Positions 17,024 to 26,013 of a stretch of 64,000 bases of DNA are shown here, piece after piece (positions within the stretch are counted from its first letter, which is position 1; each line of letters starts with the position of its first letter). Source of the DNA: a virus (taxonomy: Duplodnaviria; Heunggongvirae; Uroviricota; Caudoviricetes). A model generated the notes under the pieces. That model was given only the letters and a program-made list of their open reading frames with translations, did no database searches and was not told the DNA's origin. A program made the translations under genes and the position numbers. The stretch lies in the IMG/VR virus record IMGVR_UViG_3300012933_000388, positions 1 to 64,000 of that record; one strand, given 5' to 3'.

Positions 17024-17414
17024 TACAATACACGTCAATAGGCACTTCAATGCTTCAACTTTGACTGCAACAGTAACCGAGAAGCGAGCACCGACCGATG
17101 CATCGGTTCGCTTACTCAAAGAGATGGAGAAAGCTGCTCGCGATAAGGTGATCGCATCGATCGAGCTTGACTCTAATATTGTCAAAGGCAGAGTATTTGT
17201 AATGAAAGAAGTCCTGTCTGGTAAGAACAACTTTGCTGTGCTGATGGATATCAATGGCAAACGAGTTGAGATCAGAGTATCGACAAATGAATATGAGTCA
17301 CCTGACGCACAACTACAAGAAGTGTATCAGGAGATTGGTCGTCGCATTGCTGCTGAGGTAATGCCTGATGTGTTTGACACTGCTAGAAAAGAATTGCTGT
17401 TTAAAAATGTCTAA
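17010..17414 (+). CDS. hypothetical protein
   Basis: Packed array. Confidence 0.55.
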   Translation: MKMFDTIHVNRHFNASTLTATVTEKRAPTDASVRLLKEMEKAARDKVIASIELDSNIVKGRVFVMKEVLSGKNNFAVLMDINGKRVEIRVSTNEYESPDAQLQEVYQEIGRRIAAEVMPDVFDTARKELLFKNV

Positions 17415-17520
17415 GTTCTGGGATATCTTCTACACTGTTGGGCAGCTTTGTGTCCTTGCTGGCATATTGTATATGTGCTTTCTATTTTTGATGCTAGGAA
17501 AGGCGTTGACTCAATTATGA
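17407..17520 (+). CDS. very small membrane protein (37 aa)
   Basis: Fills the gap between neighbours with overlaps at both ends. Hydrophobic LCVLAGILYMCFLFLML. Confidence 0.3.
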   Translation: MSKFWDIFYTVGQLCVLAGILYMCFLFLMLGKALTQL

Positions 17521-17870
17521 CAGATAAAGAAACCATTGCGTTCATGCAGGACGTACTACGCTCAACACGTGAGCTGATTGTATATGGTTGCAATCCAGAT
17601 CTAACCGAATATCAGAAGCAAGTGATGAAACGGATTGGTCTTGCTACTGCCATGGCTCAAGATGCATTGAACCAACCAGACTCGGTTGATGAGATTACAA
17701 TCTACCAGTATAATACGTTTGAGGATTGGTTCTGTGAGATTGAGAACTACGGTACACGTGGTGAACGATTCTGGGAGTCACTCAACGGCTTCAAGTCCGA
17801 TCTCGGCAAAGAAGCCAATCATATTGTGTGGTTAAAAGCTGCATTTGAATCTGGACGACTATTGGGGTGA
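17517..17870 (+). CDS. hypothetical protein
   Basis: ATGA overlap start preferred over the ORF-track 17448. Confidence 0.55.
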   Translation: MTDKETIAFMQDVLRSTRELIVYGCNPDLTEYQKQVMKRIGLATAMAQDALNQPDSVDEITIYQYNTFEDWFCEIENYGTRGERFWESLNGFKSDLGKEANHIVWLKAAFESGRLLG

Positions 17871-17873
17871 CTT

Positions 17874-18317
17874 ATGTTTTGGGGTGGACTGAACGGTGAT
17901 GGATTCGCTGATGAATCGGATTATGACTATGGAGCTTATGCCGAAGGTCCATATGTACGCAAACGTTTGTCCGTCATGCCAAGGACCAACATAACATGCA
18001 CTCGTTGTGGATATCGTGGTCTGCACTGGAAGAATACCGATAGCGGTTGGCGGCTGGCATATGACTCTGGCTCTCCTTTGTTCGGTAAAATACATGCATG
18101 CGATTTTGAAGGAGAAGATATGGTCAAGAAGAAAGTAAATCATTTCAACGTAGTGCAAGATGTCATCGACCAGGATGGAATTGAATATGCTTTCGAGTCA
18201 TATTCGAACTGGGATGAGATCAAAGATGAGCAATTCCACACATTGCGATTGAACTTCCTGTATGCGATGCAAGAGCTATCGGATTATGTCTCGGGCCATA
18301 CTGACGAGGAAGAATGA
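17874..18317 (+). CDS. hypothetical protein (CxxC...HxC motif)
   Basis: Packed array. Confidence 0.55.
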   Translation: MFWGGLNGDGFADESDYDYGAYAEGPYVRKRLSVMPRTNITCTRCGYRGLHWKNTDSGWRLAYDSGSPLFGKIHACDFEGEDMVKKKVNHFNVVQDVIDQDGIEYAFESYSNWDEIKDEQFHTLRLNFLYAMQELSDYVSGHTDEEE

Positions 18318-18535
18318 TGGCAGTCATCGGCTTCCTATGCGTATGTGCGTTCCTGTTGTATCTCACGATCGTATATGTGCTCTTGTTCCTCGACACGATG
18401 GGCAAGTACAACATCGGGGGCGTTCCTAATACATTAACGTCCAAAGTTATAACTGCACTCGCTGGAGCAGTGTTGTGGTGGTTGTGGACCGAGGCGTTGT
18501 TGTACTCACCATTTGAGGTTATAATCAAATCATAA
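18314..18535 (+). CDS. membrane protein
   Basis: ATGA overlap. Two TM helices. Confidence 0.5.
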   Translation: MMAVIGFLCVCAFLLYLTIVYVLLFLDTMGKYNIGGVPNTLTSKVITALAGAVLWWLWTEALLYSPFEVIIKS

Positions 18536-18554
18536 ACAAACAAAAGAGTATATT

Positions 18555-18965
18555 ATGACGTTGATGGAACAAATTAAACAAAAGCAATTGGCAGCTCGCA
18601 AAGAGGGTTTACCAATTGCTAGCCTGTACACCACATTGCTCGGTGAAGCCGCAATGATTGGTAAGAACGCTGGCGACCGTGAAACTACAGACGCTGAAGT
18701 TGTTGCCGTTGTTAAGAAGTTCATCAAGAACACAAACGAAACAATCGACGCATTGACTACTCGCGGTCAGAATGCTGAGATGTTTGTGATTGAGCGAATG
18801 ATCTTGGAAGAGTTCCTACCAACACAATTGGACGAGGCTCGCTTGAAGGATATTGCATCCACAATGGCGTCGATGCCAGAGTTTATGAAGCACCTGAAAG
18901 AAAACTTTGCTGGTCAGTATGATGGCAAGTTGGCTTCGACTGTGGCTAAAACTGTGTTTGCATGA
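18555..18965 (+). CDS. GatB/YqeY-domain protein
   Basis: LMEQIKQKQLAARKEG...LLGEA...ETTDAEVVAVVKKFIKN follows the YqeY family pattern. Confidence 0.6.
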   Translation: MTLMEQIKQKQLAARKEGLPIASLYTTLLGEAAMIGKNAGDRETTDAEVVAVVKKFIKNTNETIDALTTRGQNAEMFVIERMILEEFLPTQLDEARLKDIASTMASMPEFMKHLKENFAGQYDGKLASTVAKTVFA

Positions 18966-19156
18966 CGGAGACTGAGCAAACATGGAGAGGGACTGAGATT
19001 GAGTTGGAATACATTCAATCTCAGTTTGTCCATCTGCACAACGTTGGCGATAAGAACTGGACACCCGAACAAAAGTTAGAAGCATATAAGCTGCGCAGAC
19101 GCTGCATTGAGCTTGGTGAATATCGCTACTACCTACTAAGGAACAACAATGGCTAA
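18962..19156 (+). CDS. hypothetical protein
   Basis: ATGA overlap. Confidence 0.5.
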   Translation: MTETEQTWRGTEIELEYIQSQFVHLHNVGDKNWTPEQKLEAYKLRRRCIELGEYRYYLLRNNNG

Positions 19157-19373
19157 GAAGAAACAAGCAAAACAGTTTATGTATGCTGTCGGTCACTACT
19201 GGGAAGGTGAGTCTGGATCAGTTGGAACGTATGCATATGGCAATGAACTCTTCTACGGTACTATGGCACAGGCACAGAGCTTCTTGGGGTATGTGCAAGA
19301 AGAGAACAAGAAGAAGAAAGTGGCCGATCGACGTGACTGGCGTATCTTCCAATTGATTGAAGTGCCAGCATGA
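19149..19373 (+). CDS. hypothetical protein
   Basis: Packed array. Confidence 0.5.
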   Translation: MAKKKQAKQFMYAVGHYWEGESGSVGTYAYGNELFYGTMAQAQSFLGYVQEENKKKKVADRRDWRIFQLIEVPA

Positions 19374-19633
19374 GCGATCCATGCTACGAGGGTTGGTCTG
19401 AGGAGGGCGGCAATACGTCGGGAACGTGCTGTTGCAATTGTCGGTATCAGCAACCCATTGTAGGCCATCCTTGGAACAAGGCTCACTTTACTAAAACATC
19501 GATAATGAGTATAATCGGCTATGGATGTTCGATGCCAGAGTCTGATCGTATTGTGTTCTTCGATCAGAAGCATGGTATGTGTGAGATGCATGCACATAAG
19601 GACAACGTTGTCCAGTTAAAGGTTGTGAAATGA
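19370..19633 (+). CDS. Cys-rich hypothetical protein
   Basis: ATGA overlap. CCCNC...C...C motifs. Confidence 0.5.
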   Translation: MSDPCYEGWSEEGGNTSGTCCCNCRYQQPIVGHPWNKAHFTKTSIMSIIGYGCSMPESDRIVFFDQKHGMCEMHAHKDNVVQLKVVK

Positions 19634-19875
19634 AAAAGATTTTAATTGTATTGGGTGTTGTTATGTTGGCTGCTTGCTCGCCGAGCGCCAAGCAGAAGTA
19701 CTACCCTGTCCTTCCAGACGAATTGAAAGACTGTAAGTTCTATCGATTAGAAGATGGTGCTGGTGTTGCTATTACTGTTGCACGTTGTGGTAACGCTACG
19801 GCTGTTCGCCAAAGTGATAAGGCAGGAAACACTACGATCTTGATTGATGGTGTTGAATATGAGCGAAAGAACTAA
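19630..19875 (+). CDS. lipoprotein
   Basis: Lipobox MKKILIVLGVVMLAAC. ATGA overlap. Confidence 0.6.
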   Translation: MKKILIVLGVVMLAACSPSAKQKYYPVLPDELKDCKFYRLEDGAGVAITVARCGNATAVRQSDKAGNTTILIDGVEYERKN

Positions 19876-19877
19876 AC

Positions 19878-20060
19878 ATGATTAATGATGAACCAAGTGT
19901 GAAAGACATGGCACGGCTGTGGGCATTGTGTGCAAAGTTTATTGAAGAGCAAGACATTCACTGTGCTGAAACGATATACCAAACAGATCGTATTGCAGAG
20001 AATGCATTACAGTTGATTGAAGATATCTGCGAGGAAGTTGGGTATAATAATGACGACTGA
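19878..20060 (+). CDS. hypothetical acidic protein
   Basis: Packed array. Confidence 0.45.
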   Translation: MINDEPSVKDMARLWALCAKFIEEQDIHCAETIYQTDRIAENALQLIEDICEEVGYNNDD

Positions 20061-20604
20061 TCGAGTTTCAAAACTGAGTAAGCAAGCGATGGAGTATGCT
20101 GCAGAGCAGTATGGTCCTCAACGTGCTGGCGAGATGGTGTGGGATCCTCTAACATACGATCGTAAGTTCGCTGAGCTGATCGCAGCGGATTGTATTGCGA
20201 TGATTCAATTGCACATGCCACGCAATGGTGTTAGCTCGCCAGAGAATGTAATATCCAAACGCCATATCAACAACATCGCTGACCTATATGGTGTCGCATT
20301 ACCGCTACCTGCATCAGCGTATGAGGATCAGATTGCTAACATCATGGCTGGAGCTGATGCGATGGCAGGCGATGGTGGTTATAGTGAAGCTAGTCTGAAG
20401 ACTCCCCAATTTCTAGAGACTCAAGCGAGATATGAGGCTTTGTACAGCAAGACGCAAATAACAGCCGAAGCTGTACAACATCTGCGTGAAATGACAGATT
20501 GCCCGATGATGGAATGTAAGAAAGCATTAACAGCATGTAATGGCAACATGGATGAAGCGATGGAGTATTTACGCAAAGGCCGTCAATTCCGGACATACAT
20601 CTAA
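20050..20604 (+). CDS. FAELLxxEC-family protein fused to an EF-Ts N-terminal (TS-N/UBA-like) domain
   Basis: C-terminal ITAEAVQHLREMTDCPMMECKKALTACNGNMDEAMEYLRKG aligns with E. coli EF-Ts [42 protein letters not shown]. N-terminal part carries RKFAELIAADC. Confidence 0.7.
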   Translation: MTTDRVSKLSKQAMEYAAEQYGPQRAGEMVWDPLTYDRKFAELIAADCIAMIQLHMPRNGVSSPENVISKRHINNIADLYGVALPLPASAYEDQIANIMAGADAMAGDGGYSEASLKTPQFLETQARYEALYSKTQITAEAVQHLREMTDCPMMECKKALTACNGNMDEAMEYLRKGRQFRTYI

Positions 20605-20619
20605 CCAAAAGGAAAACAA

Positions 20620-21042
20620 ATGAGTGATCAATCTACAAGATATGATGCATTCGAGAAGCGGATGCATGAAGAGTATCCAAAGATGTTCTCACAACCATAT
20701 GGTGGTTTTGCTATTGGTGAAGGTTGGTGGCCAATTGTCGAGATTCTATGCTCACATATTCAACAGCACATCGATTGGATCAACTTCAACATCGACAAGT
20801 ATCCTGAACGAGGCGTAGAGCCAGTTGAGCAAGTAGTTGTTGCACAGATCAAAGAGAAGTTCGGCAGCCTTCGATTCTATTATGATGGCGGGGACGCTTA
20901 TGTTCGTGGATTAGTTGAAATGGCTGAGTCATGGGCTGGTCGTAGTTGTGAGATATGCGGTGAGCGTGGAACACGTGGTGATAATAATGGATGGGTTAGT
21001 ACTTTATGCCCAACACACAGAGCAGAACGGAATGAAGCATGA
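20620..21042 (+). CDS. hypothetical protein with C-terminal CxxC...C zinc-ribbon-like motif
   Basis: RBS AAGGAAAA. GSLRFYYDGG...CEICGERG. Confidence 0.6.
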   Translation: MSDQSTRYDAFEKRMHEEYPKMFSQPYGGFAIGEGWWPIVEILCSHIQQHIDWINFNIDKYPERGVEPVEQVVVAQIKEKFGSLRFYYDGGDAYVRGLVEMAESWAGRSCEICGERGTRGDNNGWVSTLCPTHRAERNEA

Positions 21043-21302
21043 GTGAATTAAGTGATTTGAAAGCATTATTGTTAGAAGCTCCGAGTGATCAATTAGATCA
21101 TTCGATGTTTCCATTGATTGAGGCGTGGGATGCAGAGCCAAAGGCTATCCAGATCCTGGAAGTACTTGATAAGTGTATCTACTATGCGTTGGCTAGTGGG
21201 TTCGCTATCAAGGCGTTGCAGGTTATGTTGGATTATGCACTGACGAATGAAGGCACGACACTCGACCAGGTAGTACAACTAGCGACGTGGCGGACAACGT
21301 AA
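21039..21302 (+). CDS. hypothetical protein
   Basis: ATGA overlap. Confidence 0.5.
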   Translation: MSELSDLKALLLEAPSDQLDHSMFPLIEAWDAEPKAIQILEVLDKCIYYALASGFAIKALQVMLDYALTNEGTTLDQVVQLATWRTT

Positions 21303-21445
21303 TGTACTTCGGTAGTAGTGATATTAGTTGGATTTTTTCCAAATCAACGTGGACAGTTATTGCAATTGCATGTATACTAGCGTTATGGAAGATCGTAGAT
21401 GTTTTCATCTGGATCTTCTCACACATTAGTATATCGTGGAGTTAA
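21302..21445 (+). CDS. small membrane protein (47 aa)
   Basis: TAATG junction. TM WTVIAIACILALWKIVDVFIWIF. Confidence 0.35.
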   Translation: MYFGSSDISWIFSKSTWTVIAIACILALWKIVDVFIWIFSHISISWS

Positions 21446-21448
21446 ACA

Positions 21449-21658
21449 ATGGAACAAGCCAAGCCATGTCCCTTCTGTGGGAGTAGTAAGCTGACATATC
21501 GTTATGAAGGTCAGCCTGCATTGCGCTATGCAATCATGTGTGGTGAATGTGGTGGAACGACTCGTTCTGTCTATGTGGGCGGAACACCGTCCGGTTCTAC
21601 TGTGTTGTTTAATAATCCAGAAGCAACTGAACTATGGAATAAGAGAGCACAGCAATGA
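21449..21658 (+). CDS. Lar-family restriction-alleviation-like protein
   Basis: CPFCG...CGECG zinc ribbon followed by ATELWNKRA, the Lar_restr_allev pattern. Confidence 0.55.
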   Translation: MEQAKPCPFCGSSKLTYRYEGQPALRYAIMCGECGGTTRSVYVGGTPSGSTVLFNNPEATELWNKRAQQ

Positions 21659-21942
21659 ATATCTACAAGGCACGCTATCGCAATGCTCTGAAGAAGGCTG
21701 CGAAGATCAATCGCTATATGAAGAAGGGTTATCATGTATTCTTTGATAGTAACCCCAATCACCTCGGGTTTGTTATAAAGGACAACCAGCTATTGCTACG
21801 TGCCGATCAAAACTGTTCTTATATCTTCTATGAAAATGATAAGGACTGGGATCATGGGTATTGGACTCCAATCAAGCAATGGAATGCTGAGTTCAACGAA
21901 CGATTCGAAGTATACAAACCAGAAGCAAAGGTTGTATTATGA
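21655..21942 (+). CDS. hypothetical protein
   Basis: ATGA overlap. Confidence 0.55.
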   Translation: MNIYKARYRNALKKAAKINRYMKKGYHVFFDSNPNHLGFVIKDNQLLLRADQNCSYIFYENDKDWDHGYWTPIKQWNAEFNERFEVYKPEAKVVL

Positions 21943-22169
21943 ACGAACGAATCCAAGAACTTGATAAGCAGGCTAAACTCTGGGCGATGGATAATACTAA
22001 TTTTCCAATATCGTCACATATTCCTGCAGGTTATACAGAAAAGTTCGCCGAGTTGCTCATAGAGGAATGCATTGGGCAGTGTTGGACGGTGTCTGAATTG
22101 GAATCGAACGGGTATGTTGTCAGCGAGTGTTCGAAGAAGATTAGAAAACATTTCGGAATTGAGCAATGA
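21939..22169 (+). CDS. FAELLxxEC paralog family protein
   Basis: MNERIQELDKQAK...EKFAELLIEECIGQC...IRKHFGIEQ. Confidence 0.6.
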   Translation: MNERIQELDKQAKLWAMDNTNFPISSHIPAGYTEKFAELLIEECIGQCWTVSELESNGYVVSECSKKIRKHFGIEQ

Positions 22170-22411
22170 TAACGAATGAAGATATCCACATTTTAGCTGA
22201 ACAGGCTAAAGTATATGCTAACCAGTTCGAGGAGCATTGGAATGATGGCCCCGATACTGATAAGATATTCAACCAAAAGTTCGCTGAGTTGATAGTTTGG
22301 GAAACATTTGCTGCGCTGTGGACAGATGAATGCATGCAGAGCGATTTGGCATTGGAACAGTTTAACCGTAACGTGAACAACATTAAAAAACATTTCGGGA
22401 TGAAGGAATGA
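22166..22411 (+). CDS. FAELLxxEC paralog family protein
   Basis: LAEQAKVYA...QKFAELIVWE...IKKHFGMKE. Confidence 0.6.
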   Translation: MITNEDIHILAEQAKVYANQFEEHWNDGPDTDKIFNQKFAELIVWETFAALWTDECMQSDLALEQFNRNVNNIKKHFGMKE

Positions 22412-22611
22412 GCAAAACATATTTCCTCACAAACAATGACGGCGACATCATGTGTTGCTGGGACGGTGATCCGGCACGTACGAACATTATTGAGTTTAAA
22501 AGTGAGCGGCCATATACGCCAGAAGAGGTTGCACGACTGATGAACAAAGCATTCAAAATTGGTATGGATGCTAAGGCTCAGGACATAAAGAATGTGTTGG
22601 GGATTCGATGA
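22408..22611 (+). CDS. hypothetical protein
   Basis: ATGA overlap. Confidence 0.5.
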   Translation: MSKTYFLTNNDGDIMCCWDGDPARTNIIEFKSERPYTPEEVARLMNKAFKIGMDAKAQDIKNVLGIR

Positions 22612-22811
22612 GCGACGACACAACCAAGCCAGCTGTCCGTGTATATGGATGGGTGTGGAAGGATAAGCTAGCAGATGATGGATCTTGCTATGTTCCATCA
22701 TACACACCAGCACAACACGTTCCAAGAGGCGAGTTGTTTGCTCTAGTAGATCCTGCTGATTTACATGAGCCACTTAAAAACACGAAATGGCATTACAGGG
22801 AAAGTGAATAA
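22608..22811 (+). CDS. hypothetical protein
   Basis: ATGA overlap. Confidence 0.5.
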   Translation: MSDDTTKPAVRVYGWVWKDKLADDGSCYVPSYTPAQHVPRGELFALVDPADLHEPLKNTKWHYRESE

Positions 22812-22993
22812 TGGATTATAATGAAGCATATGTCCGCCTAGAGATGGGCGCAATCGATGATGTCGATGCTGCTGTATTCAGTGGCGATATCTTCCATGAT
22901 GAAGAGAATCGTAAGCGATTCCGCAAGATGCTCGAACGTTGGACAAAAGAGATGGATGCACTTGATGCGTCTGGATTTGGATTGAACCCATGA
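22811..22993 (+). CDS. hypothetical protein
   Basis: TAATG junction. Confidence 0.45.
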   Translation: MDYNEAYVRLEMGAIDDVDAAVFSGDIFHDEENRKRFRKMLERWTKEMDALDASGFGLNP

Positions 22994-23217
22994 CACAAAC
23001 AATTTACGGATTAACATGCGACTATGGTGATGGCAGTGCCGGCATGCGTTGGTATCGCAACAAAGCAATCGTCGATGCTAAACTAGATGAAGATGGTCCA
23101 GACTGGGATGAGATGATGTATGGTAATGAAGGTGTGCCTAGCATGGTGCTGACGTTCCCAGCCGACTTAGATCTCGAGAAGTGTGGATTCTACTTCGACG
23201 ATGAGGACGATCTATGA
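22990..23217 (+). CDS. hypothetical acidic protein
   Basis: ATGA overlap. Confidence 0.5.
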   Translation: MTQTIYGLTCDYGDGSAGMRWYRNKAIVDAKLDEDGPDWDEMMYGNEGVPSMVLTFPADLDLEKCGFYFDDEDDL

Positions 23218-23417
23218 GTAAAGGTCTAGAAATCCCATATGAGGTTGCCGATGGCATTACATTAGCATCGATGATTGATCAGCATGGGTACTTGAAAGAA
23301 GAGACAAGAGCGCATTTGGAAGATGGTGCATACCTTCATCCGGACGATTTGGGCAATAACATCAGGTTGATTGCTGCATTGGAGTTGTTGATTGCATATT
23401 ATGGTGGTGAAGTATGA
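23214..23417 (+). CDS. hypothetical protein
   Basis: ATGA overlap. Confidence 0.5.
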   Translation: MSKGLEIPYEVADGITLASMIDQHGYLKEETRAHLEDGAYLHPDDLGNNIRLIAALELLIAYYGGEV

Positions 23418-23767
23418 GTTTAGATGTTGATTTGCTGGTAACTAAGCCATCGTCTGTCTTCAGTTACAACATTACGCATAATCTAGGCGCAATGGCTAAG
23501 GCCGTTGTCCTCGATCCTCATACGGATATTCCGTTGACATTGTATCATGTGTTGTGGCGACCAGAAGAATATGATCTTACTTTAGCACATGAGATTGCCG
23601 ATTACTTGAACGTTGGTTTGGGTATCCTAATGGCAGACCCAGAGAAGTATAAGGCACTCAATCCGCCAAATGGGTGGGGTGATTATAACGGGCTGTGTCA
23701 ATTTGTCCGCGAGTATCGCGATGCATGTTGGGACAATCCATTTGCTGAGCTGAGTGTGTCGCGATGA
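23414..23767 (+). CDS. hypothetical protein
   Basis: ATGA overlap. Confidence 0.55.
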   Translation: MSLDVDLLVTKPSSVFSYNITHNLGAMAKAVVLDPHTDIPLTLYHVLWRPEEYDLTLAHEIADYLNVGLGILMADPEKYKALNPPNGWGDYNGLCQFVREYRDACWDNPFAELSVSR

Positions 23768-24096
23768 GACTAATGCTTGGGCGCGCGGGTAGACCAGATC
23801 TTCTTGTTGATGTTAAGCAAGAGATCGCTCCCGACCACTTCGATTTCCGCGTTGTCAATGGACAATGGGATGGCACATACTACAAGGGGTATGTGACTAC
23901 CCATGATGCTCCGAGTGGTGATTATTCTAGTTTGGATAAGGTAGAGATACTGACAGACAACCAAGACCGGTTGCGTAGTGTCCCTTGGTATGAATATCAG
24001 GAAGTGTTTAATAACTTCGACAATCCAGCATATGTCGCACCCAAACCAGCGCCAGTTGTCTATCCGGCCAGCTGGGATGATGATATCCCATTCTAA
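23764..24096 (+). CDS. hypothetical protein
   Basis: ATGA overlap. Confidence 0.55.
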   Translation: MRLMLGRAGRPDLLVDVKQEIAPDHFDFRVVNGQWDGTYYKGYVTTHDAPSGDYSSLDKVEILTDNQDRLRSVPWYEYQEVFNNFDNPAYVAPKPAPVVYPASWDDDIPF

Positions 24097-24105
24097 GGAT
24101 TCAGA

Positions 24106-24372
24106 ATGAACGGAAAAATCTTTGTCATAGCTGGTACCTATGATCAATTCAATATATTTCGCAGAACACTTGCAGGTACGATGATTGAGGAAAATATCGA
24201 TGTTCGTCTAAACGACATTGTGTACGTTCACAGCGACAACTTGTATGGGTATGAAGACATCTGGGGATACAAAGTCGGGACTTGGCAACAACGAAAAGAC
24301 ATTGATGTTATTTGCATGATGTTGCTCGCCTGCCGAAGCTCAATTGATAATTTTATTGAGGTTGAATTATGA
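24106..24372 (+). CDS. hypothetical protein
   Basis: RBS AAGGA. Confidence 0.5.
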   Translation: MNGKIFVIAGTYDQFNIFRRTLAGTMIEENIDVRLNDIVYVHSDNLYGYEDIWGYKVGTWQQRKDIDVICMMLLACRSSIDNFIEVEL

Positions 24373-25097
24373 AACAACTATACTCACACGAAGTACCAAG
24401 ATGGATGAGAATGCTTGGCGTGACTCGAGTACATAAAGAGTCAATCGATTTCAAATGGGGATACTTTGCTCCTCGTCCATCATTTCAGCTACTATTACAT
24501 CGTGGTGGATACTTTGATTCGCGATATGCTATCAGTATTGCACTAGGCTATGGTGTGTTCCACTTCTACCTTCCGTTCAAAACCAAGCTGAAAGAAGGTT
24601 GTGATTTACCACAGTATGGTATTCATATTCATGGTGATACGTTTTGGATAATGATCGGTGGCGATTATGATGAATCAATTGGTCAGGTTCAGGGTAAGAC
24701 GTGGATTACATGGGACCTACCATTCTTCAGCTATGAGTTCGATGGCCATTGGGTCAAAGACAAACAGCAGCGTTGGGCGCTGATGAAGAACTTTGAATCA
24801 TACGAATTCAAAAAGGATCAAGCATACAAAGAGCAACATCCGTTTACCTATGTTCTCAAAAACGGTACAATACAGGAAAGAACTGCGACTTGTACTATTG
24901 AGAAGCGTAAGTGGCATCGTAAGTGGTTTCCATGGCTGACCCGGGTCAGTGAAGTGATTGATGTTGAGTTCTCTGATGAGGTCGGCGAACGGTCGGGAAG
25001 CTGGAAGGGTGGAACGATTGGGTGTAGCTATGAGCTCGAGCCAGGTGATACGATTGAGAGTTGCCTAAGACGAATGGAAAAGGAAAGAAACTTTTAA
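24369..25097 (+). CDS. hypothetical protein (242 aa)
   Basis: ATGA overlap. Trp/Lys-rich with no motif I recognise. Confidence 0.6.
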   Translation: MKQLYSHEVPRWMRMLGVTRVHKESIDFKWGYFAPRPSFQLLLHRGGYFDSRYAISIALGYGVFHFYLPFKTKLKEGCDLPQYGIHIHGDTFWIMIGGDYDESIGQVQGKTWITWDLPFFSYEFDGHWVKDKQQRWALMKNFESYEFKKDQAYKEQHPFTYVLKNGTIQERTATCTIEKRKWHRKWFPWLTRVSEVIDVEFSDEVGERSGSWKGGTIGCSYELEPGDTIESCLRRMEKERNF

Positions 25098-25098
25098 T

Positions 25099-25299
25099 AT
25101 GGATGAAAAACTAATTGAGCGATTGAAGAAACTTGCTAGTAGTGAATGCTTCTATGATGATGAGGACGAAGATAAGATCATTGACGATTATGCTGGTGGC
25201 AACGTTGACGATGCTTTCCAGGTAGGTGAGCATGCAGGTCAAGTATTGCTTGCTCGTGATATCCTGACGGCGTTAAAAGTTCAATGGTGGACGGAATGA
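25099..25299 (+). CDS. hypothetical acidic protein
   Basis: TAATATG junction. Confidence 0.5.
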   Translation: MDEKLIERLKKLASSECFYDDEDEDKIIDDYAGGNVDDAFQVGEHAGQVLLARDILTALKVQWWTE

Positions 25300-25547
25300 A
25301 TGATCGAATCGAAAAACTTGCTAAAGAGCATAGGTTAATTCATATTCACATGAGCACAGGCGAATATAACGATACATTGAAGAAGTTCGAAAAGCTCGCC
25401 GAGCTGATTATCCTAGAGTGTGCTAAGGTATGTGCGGATAATGGAATGCGTGCAGGTGGTGGGAATACCATAGTTGGTGAAACTTTCTTGGATGCATCGA
25501 AGCTGATCAGAGGCAATTTCGGATTAGACACATTTGGGATGTACTGA
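25296..25547 (+). CDS. FAELLxxEC paralog family protein
   Basis: MNDRIEKLAKE...FEKLAELIILECAKVC...NFGL. ATGA overlap chosen over ORF-track 25284. Confidence 0.6.
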   Translation: MNDRIEKLAKEHRLIHIHMSTGEYNDTLKKFEKLAELIILECAKVCADNGMRAGGGNTIVGETFLDASKLIRGNFGLDTFGMY

Positions 25548-25786
25548 TGAACGATCGCACCAAGCAACTTGCTGAGCAGGCTGATCTATATGCTCGGTCT
25601 GATAATTCCAGCATGCTATTCGAAAACTGGAAAAAACAATACACCGAAAGGTTGACTGAGTTGATTGTTCGGGAATGTGCTGATAAAATCGAGCATGATT
25701 ACAAATATGAACGCGGCGAAGATACAAAGTGGATCACAGCATTTGCTATTGCTAGTGATTTGAAGGCACATTTCGGGGTTCAATGA
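25547..25786 (+). CDS. FAELLxxEC paralog family protein
   Basis: MNDRTKQLAEQADLYA...RLTELIVRECADKI...KAHFGVQ. Confidence 0.6.
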   Translation: MNDRTKQLAEQADLYARSDNSSMLFENWKKQYTERLTELIVRECADKIEHDYKYERGEDTKWITAFAIASDLKAHFGVQ

Positions 25787-26010
25787 TGTGGAACGATGAA
25801 GAATTAACCCAAGAAGAACAAAATGCACAATATCTGCAAGACAATCCGCATGTTGAATCTGGGTTGTGGGCAGAGTGGGTAGGGGTTGTATGTGGGTGGG
25901 ATAAGATTCCAACACCTACATCAGAAGAATGGACTAAGTTAAAAGCAAACTTCTATCATGGCAAGGCGCCGATAGAATCGGTTGCTGAATTAAAAAAGAT
26001 GCGGGGTTGA
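25783..26010 (+). CDS. hypothetical protein
   Basis: ATGA overlap. Confidence 0.5.
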   Translation: MMWNDEELTQEEQNAQYLQDNPHVESGLWAEWVGVVCGWDKIPTPTSEEWTKLKANFYHGKAPIESVAELKKMRG

Positions 26011-26013
26011 ATA

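Noticed and set aside
22141-22773. A 210-aa minus-strand ORF.
   Set aside because: It is antisense to four ATGA-coupled plus-strand genes, two of which belong to the conserved paralog family. It has no SD and a Cys/His-rich, unprotein-like composition.
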